From positions 7,502,001 through 7,566,000 of the forward strand of contig JAQFVV010000009.1 of NCBI GenBank assembly GCA_028023455.1: a stretch of DNA of 64,000 nucleotides, written 5' to 3'. A model generated the notes under the pieces. It saw nothing but the letters and a program-made list of their open reading frames with translations, searched no databases and was not told the origin of the DNA. Position numbers and translations under genes: made by a program. The stretch is from Epiperipatus broadwayi. Lineage: Eukaryota; Animalia; Onychophora. Shown here in pieces: positions 13,222 to 25,126 of the stretch (position 1 is its first letter; each line of letters begins with the position of its first letter).

Positions 13222-14022
13222 ACCATATAACTGTGACATTTATGTTTCTACTACCTCACTGCAAGAATTCTGACCCAATGAAATTGGAAAGTCAGATTCT
13301 GAATAATCTACTTTTAGAGAAGTAGCAGTGAAATATAAATGGTTACTTGTGGAGTAACTTCTTTTTCTGTGAAACAAAGTTGTTGTTTTTTTGTCACAAA
13401 GGCATTTCCAATTTTAATTTTTTAAAAATGTGACATTTTATTATCAAATGGAAGTTTTTAGTGATGAATATTGTCATTACTTATGAAGGACAGATTCTCT
13501 TATGAGATCATAACAAAATAAAAAATTATATATATATACTGTTATTTCTTCCATTTGATGCTGTTTTCAGTCTGCAGAAATGACTTTAGAGTGTCAGATA
13601 CTTAACAGGTGCTTTCATTTGCATGGGATGCTTTTTTTTTTTTTAAAAAAAGTTATATTTCCATGTTTTATGTTATATCATATTTTAGAATTCTTCTGTT
13701 TCATCCAATTTGCTCTTTCAGTGATCATAACTTTGTGTATAGTATGTTTATTTGTATAAATATTTGCAGTTTTTGCTTGTCATTTTTTCTGCACGTTTTT
13801 CTAAGTAAACAAAAACTTAAAATCAGTGTAAGATTATTTTTTTTATGATAAAATATTTTACTAAGTACAGTTTAATTAAGAGAAATATGTGTACATTTCA
13901 GTTTTATGTTTTGTTTCAACAAGGTTGTCCATTTTTTTAGATTTTCTTCTTAATGTTCTGTTATCATCAGAACCAGTCTCATTTTTTTTTTTTTTTAATT
14001 CAACACAATCACATTTTCGGTT

Positions 14023-14028
14023 AATAAA
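14023..14028 (+). terminator. Candidate polyadenylation signal for FBXO45
   Basis: AATAAA about 800 bp after the stop codon. Common by chance in AT-rich DNA. Confidence 0.3.
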
Positions 14029-15640
14029 GTGCATTAACTGAATTTTTTGTTAAATATTATTTATAATCAACAGTCAAAAAACACTTTATTTTTAATACAA
14101 AGTATTTAGAAACATTTTACCAAAAACAATATCCACGACATTTTCATATTTACTCGCACACTTTCATTAATTTCTATTTCTTACAGTAGATGGCTCTAGA
14201 GTAGGGTGAAGATAACTGTTCTTAGAAGTATATTAATAAATTTTTATAGTTTTGTACATTCGTTAAAAAAGCTGGTCATTATGATCTTTAACAACTTTTA
14301 TATATAATCATCTTCAGCATTAGTTAATTTAACTTCAAAACTTTTAGTACTAAAACCCAGTATGCAAAAACTTTATGATAGCTTAAAACATTGTAGATGA
14401 TTAAATGCTTTGGAAGTGTCCTTTTTTATCTTTAGTAATCATTTTGTCCGCTAGTGGAATAATTAATTTGAAAAAATATTTGCTCATCCTTTATTGAACA
14501 TTTGGCTTGATTTTTTTGATCATTATTATGACAACTTTATATTGAAACAAACACTGGTTTTCTTCAGAATTTCTTTATGGTGCTATGCAGTTGACAAATT
14601 TAATCAAAATATTGGTAAAAACTAAGGGCTATTTTTCACATAAAATTAGCCATTGTCATTAATGTTGTTTCATTTCGTCAAGATTTATCTGTTAATCAGT
14701 TCTAATATATATTAATAACATCTGTGATATCTAGTTTTGTTTTTTTGAGTTAATCATAAATGTAACATCAAATGAAAATACTGTTAATATCTTTAGGATT
14801 TTTTTACTCTTTTCTATTTGACATCATTAAAATAGAGATATTTGTTAAAAATGGGTTGCATATTTCACACTTTCAGCAATTTTATTTGTATTTTGTTACC
14901 AAACTAATGACTTAAAATAAGTCATATACATTACATGTTTTAGATGTGAGAATAGAAATTATTTGTAATCAATTACTCAAATGTAAGAATAACTTTTTTG
15001 AGAATTAAAGAATTCTGGTTCTGGTCAATTTCTTACTGAGAGAAATAAAAAAGTTAGGCAATTTTATTCTGGCCAATTGAATGCTATTCTTCTAATTATT
15101 TTGTTGCACAAATGTTAATTAACTTTTTTTTAATGAGGAAAAAACAATATGCAATCTAAATAGATTTGGCTAAAAACAAAAAAATCTATCTGCAAATGAT
15201 TACTTCTAATTATATTTTTATTCACTTTAGTTTTAAAATACTCATTTAGGTGAAATGTTTTGATGATTCTGGATAGTCATTATCAAACAATTACAAGTAG
15301 ACTAATAAAAATTTCATTAAGAATTAACTAAATATATTCAATTATTTATTTATTAAGTCACCCAAATCACAATTTTTATTGCAAAATTCAGATTTGCTAC
15401 ATGACTACGCATCTTGACTAAATAAAGTAACCACCTGGCTCATCTCACTTCCATTTTATTATAATAACTTACACCTGACAACTATGATCTTCTAAATTTG
15501 ATTCATCCAAACCTTTTTTCCGACTATATAAAAGTCCAGATTTTATATATCCTATTTTTTTGAATGGTTGTGTTTTAAATTGCAAGGAGTTCTATATTAC
15601 CTCAGCATAATCTTACTAACAAATATCATTTACTTTTCCA

Positions 15641-15741
15641 TATGTCATAGCATTAGCCGGGAGGCGAACCCACAACCGTCTGCAACCAACTACTTATTTG
15701 CAAGGCAGCTGCCTTTTATCTCTCGGCTAACAACGCTTGAC
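15641..15741 (-). mobile_element. tRNA-derived SINE copy
   Basis: A-box-like TAGCCGAGAG and B-box-like GGTTCGCCTCC. Flanked by a 14-bp direct repeat ATATCATTTACTTT (15623-15636 and 15742-15755). Similar to 59819-59920. Confidence 0.75.
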
Positions 15742-15860
15742 ATATCATTTACTTTCAATTAGATTTACAGAATAAAATGCAAGAAATTCTTTTTTTTTCC
15801 TATCTTTGTACACTTCAAACACTTTATATCACAATTATTTTTATTATATATATACAAACA

Positions 15861-16230
15861 ATCTAACATTTTGACTGTCTTGCAGTTTTCCTCAGAACTA
15901 TAAGGTAATGGTAAATAAAATAAATATATAAATAATATAATAAACTAATGTAATCAGTGAAATTAAAAAAAATAAGAGACACAAAAGATAATAAAATAAA
16001 ACTAAAATATAATAAGATGAAATAAAAACTAAATAAAATAATATATAACATTAAATTGAAATATAAGATATATATATGTTATATAGGTTTTTTTCCTGTC
16101 TGCATATATGTTCATGAACAACTATTAATTTAAATGTATTATTTCTTTTATTATTTTTTTTCATATCCCCTAATTATTGCTACTAATTATAAATTAAATC
16201 AATATAAAATTGTAATTTTACTATTCCTCA
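15861..16230 (-). mobile_element. Penelope-like pLTR (family A), minus copy with hammerhead-like motif at 15861-15900
   Basis: Reverse complement of about 17460-17790. Motif CTGAGGA-A-AACTG-CAAGA-CAGTC-AAAA-TGTT-AGAT. Confidence 0.7.
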
Positions 16231-16559
16231 ATTAAGAGAATACTTCTGATTTTATCTTTATATATTTCTTTGTTTAATACTGATTCTTTTACTAAAAATA
16301 TTTTATTTTTAAATCTTATATAATATATACTATTTTCTTATTCAGTCTTCTGTTATTTATAATTGTAGAATAAAAAGATAAATATAAAAGAACAATTATT
16401 AATGACAGAAGATTGAATAAGAAAATAGCTATTATATATGATTTTAAAATAATATTTTTAAAACAAAAAATAATTTTCTACATTTTTTTCATGAATTTTC
16501 ACTAATTTTATAGTTATGTATGTCTACAAAAAATGTAACTAGGGAACATTCTTTTATCT

Positions 16560-17359
16560 TTTAATCTTTATCCTCAAAATCCAGAAATTCATCTCCAGAG
16601 CTATTTTTATAGTCCACATCTTATCTTTATGAATCTAGAACACCATAGCATTGATCCTGTAAAATCAGCTTGTTGAATAATCATTTTTGTTGAAACTGAA
16701 AATCCCAAGCTACTATGGTCTAATACCTAAGTTTTTAATTCTTCTAGTTCAGATCTTTTTGCAGTTCCATGTTGCTGATTGTGTTTACAATGCATAGTTT
16801 GCCTATTCCAAGTTTTTATCTTTTTAATTAATGGTGTCCCAAAATTCCTCTCTGCTGATCTGTTTCTGTGTTCTATAGTATACACAATCACTCACAGCTT
16901 GAATGCAATATTATAGCAGAATCTGCATTCTTTTTGAGCCATGTTTTGCCAAGAAATCTCAACATAAAATATCACAGAACATTGATAATGTTTTGGAGAA
17001 ATCTACCAAGTTTAAATGTTACAGTGTATTGTTGACATGTAATCAAGCATATGTAGATTAGATGAATCATAACCTTGAGGTCAGTGGATCTGAATTCTAT
17101 TTTACTGGAATCACCCTCTTTCGATAATAAAGCATAAAATATATCACACAACATTATCTTTAGAGAACAGAAAAAATATTATGGAAACAATTTATTTGAA
17201 AACACTGTTTTGTAAAAGGACAAAATTAATATATACCAGAAGTTTTAGACTGACTGAAATTTCAACTCACAATTTTGATTACCAGCACATAATACACACC
17301 CCATATTTTAAGTGTATTTTGAGGGAGGGAAAATGTATTCTATATGCTTGAAAATACTG
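16560..17359 (-). mobile_element. Internally deleted pogo-type (POGK-like) DNA transposon
   Basis: Left end TA-CAGTATTTTCAAGCATATA. Frameshifted relics MAQK...AFKL..VIVY..EHRNRSAERNFG (Brinker-type DBD) and SELEELKT*VLDHSSLGFSVSTKMIIQQA..DFTGSMLWCSRF (CENP-B HTH). Confidence 0.7.
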
Positions 17360-17459
17360 TATATTTTTAGTAAATGGATGTGTTAATCAAAGAAATATAT
17401 AAAAGTAAAATCATAAATATTTTATTAAATTTGGGGCTAATAGAATTACAGTTTTATAT

Positions 17460-17790
17460 TGATATACTTTATAATGAGTAGTAATAATTAGGGGGTATTA
17501 AAAAAGTAATAAAAGAAATAATACATTTAAATTAATAGTTATTCGAAACATATATACAGACAGGAATATACATGTGTAATCTATATATATATATTAATTT
17601 AATATTGTGCATTTTATATTATCTGGATTACTTTATTTTATTTTGTGTTTCTTATGTTTGTTTATTTTTTTTAAAATTTTATTGATTACATTAGTTTATT
17701 ATATTATTTATATATTTATTTTATTTGTCAGTATATCATAGCTCTGAAGAAGACTGAAGGACAGTTGAAATGTCAGATTGTGTATATATG
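17460..17790 (+). mobile_element. Penelope-like pLTR (family A), plus copy
   Basis: Inverted partner of 15861-16230. Confidence 0.7.
17739..17778 (+). ncRNA. Minimal type I hammerhead-like motif (family A)
   Basis: CTGAAGA(17744-17750)-A-GACTG-AAGGA-CAGTT-GAAA-TGTC-AGAT. Reverting two CpG>TpG changes gives CAGTC-GAAA-CGTC. Stem I is weak. Confidence 0.65.
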
Positions 17791-19329
17791 TAATAAAAAA
17801 AAATTCTATAAAGCATTTGAAATAAGGTGTACAAATTGTATTTATATAAAATATTATATTAAGTAATAACCTGTATTATTATATAAAATATTATAGTAAA
17901 ATAAAGGAAGTGATGGATTTAGTGACATTTATGAGGATTTAATTCATTTTAAAAAAATCTATTTTCATAATTTTATATGCAATTCATAGTTGATTTAATT
18001 AGGTTCACAAAAATGTTATTTTTTCCACAATAGCCAAAGGATCATAGTCTTTGGAATTTCTATTATAAAACAAACAGCAATTAATGAAAGAGATCAATCA
18101 AATAGGTCAATGAACACAATTTTGCTGCACTTATTTTTCCTGTTCATTCAGAGATAGCCAAGCTATTTCATGTAGTAATTATAACTAGATTTTAAACTTT
18201 TCTTTGAACTGTTTGCCTATAAATGTGATATGAGCATATTCAAAACAAAGTTGTTGTTTTTTTCATATTTTAAACAATCATTAAATTGAATAATTATTGT
18301 AAACTATATTGGAGTTTACAACCTAATACAATTAGAACATCTTATGTTCTATTGTCTAGCTCTGCTTCTTTATATAAATAAACTTTTCTAAATAAAAAGT
18401 ATGTACATTTTTTGAAAAGAAAGAAAAACAAAACTAACCAGAATGAAAAAGAAAACATCCAAAAATAATTATAATATTATTTATTTATTTTGTCATTAAT
18501 AACAAATGCTTTTAAATAAATGCAAGTGCCATCATTTCTATTAAAATTTTTGGAAGATAAGAAAATTAGATGTTGAATAGCTTTGTAAGTAATAGAATAA
18601 ATTATATTTAAAAAGTAAAGTGTAGTAAAAAAAGTATTATATGGTTAAATTAACTTACCAATTCTTATAATTAAATAAAACAAAATATATATAATCCACA
18701 CACAAACTTCTTTACAAATCTTGATTTATTATAATATGAACTATTATAATGTACAGTAATATATTCTTAACATTTCGATTATATTATTTTACAGTCCTTA
18801 ACAAGTTTAAGTTGTTCTTTGATAAAGACTATAAAATAATATAGTGGAAACGATTTGTAAAGAAATTTGTGTGTGGATTGTATATATTTTAAAATTAATG
18901 AGCTATTTTTAAAATAGAAATCTGTGTTGTTATTTTTTAATTTCTTTAAAGAAAACAACAACAAAAAAATCATTTCAAAAGTTAATACAATAAATGATAT
19001 CATAAAGACATAAATTATTTAAACTTTTTTATTTTTCCAAACAAATTTAAATCTGAAATGAGTTCACAAAATAAGTTTGATCAATGCTTGAATTAAATAC
19101 AAATAAATGGAAAACATTCTTAGGTTCTGGTCAACTAGCCGCTGCATGCTGCTTGATGGCTCTGTTGCTAGTCAAAAACCAATAGATATAACGTTACTGG
19201 GCTGATTTACAATTTTATTATTTATTCAAAAACAAATATAATGCTTTCACCTGTTTTTTTTTTTTTTTTTATAGGGATTTATTTTTCTTTAAAACATTTT
19301 TTTTTTAAAAAGTGCATTTACTTTTTTTT

Positions 19330-19815
19330 GGGAAAAGTTTCTAAATTACATTTTTTAATTACATTATACATGTCAGCACGTAGTGCTGGAATGTGCAGGG
19401 AGGGGAACCGATGATTTTGATAATCCAAAGGATCGGCCAAAAATGCACTACTCTGATCAAACATTTTTTAATTACATTATACATGGCTGTGCAGGGAGGG
19501 GTATCGTTGGTTGGTTTTGATAATCCGAAGGATTGGCTAAAACATGTGCTATCTGATCAAACAAAAAAATATATATATCAAAAACATTCCGTGATGACAT
19601 TTTGAAAAATATTTCAAAAAAATTTACGAATCAACATTATTTAATAAAATGTAAGAATTCCATTTAAAAATTACCATCTGATCAAACCAAGCTTATGCTT
19701 TTAAAAATGACAAACCACAGCCTTTTAGTAGTCTCATAGCTGTTCTTGCGCAAAATTCCTTTTTCGCGAGAATTCTGTAAAATGGTGCTGGGACTTACTC
19801 TTTTGCACTTTACTT
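19330..19815. repeat. CpG-containing DNA-transposon-like fragment with an internal direct repeat of about 105-115 bp
   Basis: TTTTTTAATTACATTATACATG...GTGCAGGGAGGGG...TTTTGATAATCC.AAGGAT.GGC.AAAA...CTGATCAAACA occurs twice (about 19332-19452 and 19463-19562). Superfamily not assigned. Confidence 0.55.
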
Positions 19816-21299
19816 TCTGATAGTTTTAATTATATTATCTTTTAAGTACACAATTGTTTTCATTTTTGTTTTAAGTAAAAGATTGACTTCATAAAGTGAC
19901 AATCATATAAAAGGCATTCTATCTATTCATAAAATTTTTATTATATTATAGATAAAACATAATATGGGAGCTGCTTATGATTATTTTTTGCCATGCAAAT
20001 TAAAATGATATCATTATATAAGAAAATATAAATAAAATAAATAGACAAAAAACAAAAGTATAAGAAAAATTATAAAACTTTTATATACAGTATTTATAAA
20101 AGAATGAGTTTGTTATATCAAAAGAATATAACATACATAGTTTTTCAGTAGTAATCAAAAAACACAAAAAGAAAAATGTATATGAATACATTCAACTAAT
20201 GTATATATGCTATGTTTTTGCCTGAAGGTAAAATTAAGCAACAAGATACTGTGACCAATTGATATTGTCTGCTGGCTATTGTATTTCATCACATTCTATA
20301 TAATTTATTGTCACAGGAATTGTCAACTTAGGGATTATACACTACACATGATGATTGGAATCCTGATTATAAAAAGAAAAAATAAATTTACATCTATAAA
20401 ATAATATTGTAATAAAAAAAAATCAGTTTTTATTAATAGTCAGAAGAAAAAAAGTTACATAAAAAATTCAGTTGATCAAACTAAAAATTTTTGTTCCAAT
20501 TCATTCTATTAATACATATTTGACATATGCTTAATTTTTATTGTGATTCATCCAGAATAGATTCATAATATTTTTTAACTTTTTATAATCATCAATTTTT
20601 TGTGACGCTTTTCATGAAAATTATTTGCTTCAAGAAATTGATAAAAAAACAAAACAAAATGGAGTCACAATTGATTGATTCAAATTTGAAAAATGCTTTT
20701 CTGATTTCATTAAAAAACTTAATTTCAAATATTAAAAATCTGCTAAAGGCAAACTAGTCCCAGCAAAGTAAGTAAAATTTAAATTTATTAATGAAAATAA
20801 TTTATTTTTAATTTGATTATATTTTATATAAAAATTGAATAATAGGACAAATGTATAGTATGTGTGAGCTCTTGCATTAAAAAGTTGGTGAGAATATTAA
20901 TATGGCTGTCAAAGTAAAAAATATTTCTAGGCAGTTGTAATAAAAAGATATAATTTTTCATATTTATAATTTAAATATTAAATAAAAGTTAATACTCGTT
21001 ATTATTAATATTAGCATGTTGAAACTAAAATTAATAAAGTAAAATATAATAGCATTTCCAATATTGGGATAATCTAATATAAATTTAATATAAACGTGAA
21101 ATCTGATAATCAACTAAGAAATGAAAAAGTTTTACACAAAAAATGTAAAAATTCCAAAATCTTATGCACTGATAAAAGTTATGGTAATATAAAACCAACT
21201 ACTGATAACATGCACATTGTAGGAAAATGGAATCTGCCCAGCAAAATTTTATCTAATACACAAAATACTGTACGAAAATATGTCTTTAACATATCTTAA

Positions 21300-22300
21300 T
21301 AATAATACTCTTTCAGGTATAATTAACCCATCAGAAGTTTCACAAATAAAGCAAAAGTTAAAATAATGAAAATAAACAGATGCAAGCTCCAACACTGAAG
21401 AAACTAACAAACCTAAACATACTTCTTTCTGTAAGCTAAATGATTAGTGGCATAAAATATTTGCAAAAAGTCTTTCCCCATGTTGTCAATCATTAATGTT
21501 ATAGAAAATTATCTATCCGACACTCAGCCACTATGTAGTTCTCTGTCTGACTATATAGGAGAAATACATAACATGTTAAATCTACATCTATGTTCTCTGC
21601 AAAGTCTTTTATAGGATTGAAATATTTCTCAACAACAAAGAGTACCGTTAGTCATCTGAACTTAAAAAAGGTGTATTATATATCTAAGGATCCAAATTCA
21701 ATTGTATATGACCATCTCATACATGCTTCACTGATTTTGTAAAAGTTTTACAAAAAAATATAGCAGATTTAATGCAAGTAATAAACATATCAAAAAACTT
21801 ACTCCAAACATTAAATTTGAAATTTTCACAAACCCTTGGATGATCACATTAAAAATAAAATGAAGATAATTAACAGATCAACTTTTTTATGATATTTTTA
21901 TGTGATTCATTTCTGGTATGGTTGCCATTAAGATTCAGAAACTCTTACAACTGATATGCCCCAGGCTTGGTCATATTGCCTCTCATTGCAATGCTGGAAA
22001 TTGTAATAATTGTCACATAATAGACATATTTGGTCATATTTATGCAATAATGTACGTCTACTTCATGGGATAATAAAATTTCTAAAATCAGTCTATTCAT
22101 TTTGGATATAAGCTGTTATACATATTAGCAATAACAGTTTTTCTGCATTGCAATCTGCAGATAATATCTCCCGATATAGCACTAGTTGCACTTTGAGAGT
22201 TATACCAACTGAAAATAGCAATTTTGAGAATCAATCTCAAAATTCACTTATAAATATTTAATCTTAGATAAACCAAGGTCTGCAGTAAAATTTAACACAC
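21300..22300 (-). mobile_element. Possible highly decayed non-LTR reverse transcriptase relic
   Basis: Weak, correctly ordered motif traces (YRxI-, YDxxW-, QG-, SDD-like) in mixed frames. Confidence 0.3.
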
Positions 22301-22899
22301 TGAATTCAGTTCTTTCAACCAAGATGCAACACATATTAAGAATTTTCAAAAATTAAAAATAAAACCTACCTTTGAATCATTTGATAAAATTATTTTTTTT
22401 ACCTACGAAAAGAGCTAAGGTACCTTATTCTGACACCAAATATACCAACAAAAAGATCCTGTTCAAAAACAACATACCAGTCATTAAAATTGCAACAATA
22501 AATGCACATGGAATATCACAACTAAATCAGTTTCTAAATAATCACTACAAGATATCTTTATCATTTTAGAAAGAAAAAATTATTTGTTAAACAAATTAAT
22601 TATCTTTAATATTCTAAACAGTAAGAATATATTTGTACATCAGGCCAATGCAACTTCATTTACAAGTTTAAACAATATTCATATCAGTTAATGCAATCAT
22701 TTTTATTTTTCGGGGCTACTTTAAAATAACTTCTTCATGCTAAAAAGCCAGAGACTTAGTAAATATTCTTCATTATTCAAGGAAAAATTCTACATAAGCC
22801 TGGTGTAAACGTGTGCAATTTGAATTGCTATTATAATGAGATACCATCTACTTTTAGACTAAAGTTCAATCAACATCCTCCTATTGTTACTTTATCCTC

Positions 22900-24420
22900 C
22901 AAATGTGTCATTTATTGGAGGTCAAGGATCTTCTCTCATTGAGCTTTTTTTTGTATCTCCAATTGACCTTAAGACTTCAATTCATCTGTCTAGAGTTTCA
23001 TTTTCTGATCATGCTTCTGTATCATACACAAAACATATTTCTAATTAGTGTACCAATTTATAGATTTATATTCAAGCATTAATTTTTCAGTGAGTTTAAG
23101 TTAACCATTGATAATGTCTCTAATATAATAATTACCAGTAAATTTATCATCTTTAGAACCACTCTTTGAATGAAATTTCTTTGACTGAGATATGATTGCT
23201 ATTAAAAACAAACTTTAAACAGTTCTATTTAATTAAATTGCCTTATAATACAACAAATTCATGATAGTTCAATTCTTCAAATTATTAGGCAATTTTACAA
23301 TGCAAAATTCCTTATCAATAGAAATATAAAATGAAGTATTTTTTATAGTCAAAAGGCTGTGATGTTTAGGCATAGAAAAATAACCCCCTAATCTTTTATG
23401 ACTAACAATAATTATTATAAACTATGCAAAATCAACTCTTTACAACTTCGGTACTCCTACATTGTTGAAAGATAATATTTTTGGGTTAGGCACTAATATG
23501 GATATTGAACTTCTTAACTCTTTAAATTGTACTCTAAAGGTAGTTAGTTATCGTCAGACCATTAGTTACTCATGATTTACATCTTCAAAGTAATTATATT
23601 TCTTAGTAATAAATTCTTGAAGCAATTATGCACATCTTATTAACTGTTGATTTTATTCCAACTAATATTTACAAGTATATCATGACTCCCATCCTACACA
23701 AGTACTATAATCAACTTTGTTTATGTGAATATTACATACCTAACCCTTCTATCAATGAAATATTTTTTTGTCTTAGAAAAAAATCAGATGCTTTATATTC
23801 TTCACTGAATGACAATTCACCTCATCACACTGAAGATTATCAAAAAATGTTTGCAAGAATTACTCTTAGATATCTATAGGTTTTTATCCTTTCTAAACTT
23901 TCCTCTTCGCATTATGCAGTTAAAACCTGCTATGCATCTCTAGCTATTCTTTTAGTACAAGAATTAATATTGTTTGTGAAAGAGAAAAAGTGGGATATTT
24001 GTTTAATGCATTAAGTAAACTTTTGCTTAATCATATTATCTTACCAACAGATGTTAGGCTTAAAAATTATATGTCTTTTTTAAACAGCCATGGTTTTCCA
24101 CAGACATCACTACTTGCTTTGCTATTATTTCAATGTATATAGTCCATGACCAAAGAAATTGAGCAATGTGCAGAAGGTATCTTATGTAATATCCTTTGTT
24201 GAAGATGTCCTGATAACCCGAGGCATTCAAAACATCCCTCTTGTTCTTTATATTCTGATCAAATGATAATGGGGTCTATCATTTAAGTTTGTAAGTCATC
24301 CATGTGACAATTATTTATAAGTCATAAACTACCATTTTACTTGATGTGAATTTATTCATTCTTTTTTTAGAATTCCGATCAATTTATTTAAGATACAAGT
24401 TATCACTTGAACTTTCTTAT
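22900..24420 (-). mobile_element. Possible BEL/Pao LTR retrotransposon relic
   Basis: CFECLGLSGH knuckle-like motif near 24215-24245, followed downstream by LKFVFNSNHISVKEISFKEWF (LRIVFDAS..SLNE-like) near 23160-23225. Confidence 0.4.
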
Positions 24421-24583
24421 TGTCAGCAAGTTCAACACATCCTTTTCAAAATTGCTTTATCCTATAGTAAAAGTTTATATTGTTAATGCTATTCTTGATG
24501 AAATACTTGCTTTCTATGATCCACTGATGCATTTTTTCAGAATTACTGTTAGAAGTCTTGTATCTATAGCAAAATCATACATC

Positions 24584-25126
24584 CAGAGGCAAAACTCTCC
24601 ATACAGGAGTGCAAACCAAAGTAATCAATGAATACAGGAAGGTTTATGCATATCCTTACCTAGTGCCTACTCATCTAGTTTCTGGATTGTCGCTTTCATC
24701 AATGAGCAACTTTGAATTTAAGAATACTGCACCTAGATCTTGAGATGTAATGCAACCCTCCAACAGCCACCTTTTACCTTATTAGCTAATTATAAAGCTT
24801 TTGTGTCCAAAATGAAAACAATGTTTTCAATTCAAGCTCATTAGCTTATATAGTCATATAGATTCAAAAATTGTGTTTTCATTTTGCCCTCAAAAGTTTT
24901 ATAGTTAGCTAATAAGTTAAAGGTGACTTCTGGAGAGTTGCATTAGATCTGGTGCTGTGCTCTCAGATCCAAGGTTCCTCACTGATGAAAGCCACCAGCA
25001 AAAATTAGTCTGGGGATATTGGATGAGTAAGCACTAGATAGGGATTTTATGCACAAACCTTCCTGCATCCACTGATTACTTTAGCTTGCACTGAGTGGTG
25101 CTACTGTATGGAGAGTTTTGCCTCTG
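24584..25126. mobile_element. Head-to-head inverted pair of family C Penelope-like pLTRs
   Basis: 24584-about 24803 is the reverse complement of about 24892-25126. Both match 4051-4244. Hammerhead-like cores at 24977-25015 (+) and 24674-24706 (-). Confidence 0.8.

Noticed and set aside
18690-18886. Short inverted repeat (about 35 bp arms) in AT-rich sequence
   Set aside because: Probably another PLE-type inversion, but too decayed to assign.
20660-20780. ATG ORF (MESQLIDS...) near a strong GTAAGT donor
   Set aside because: The frames close before the donor and no homology is recognised.
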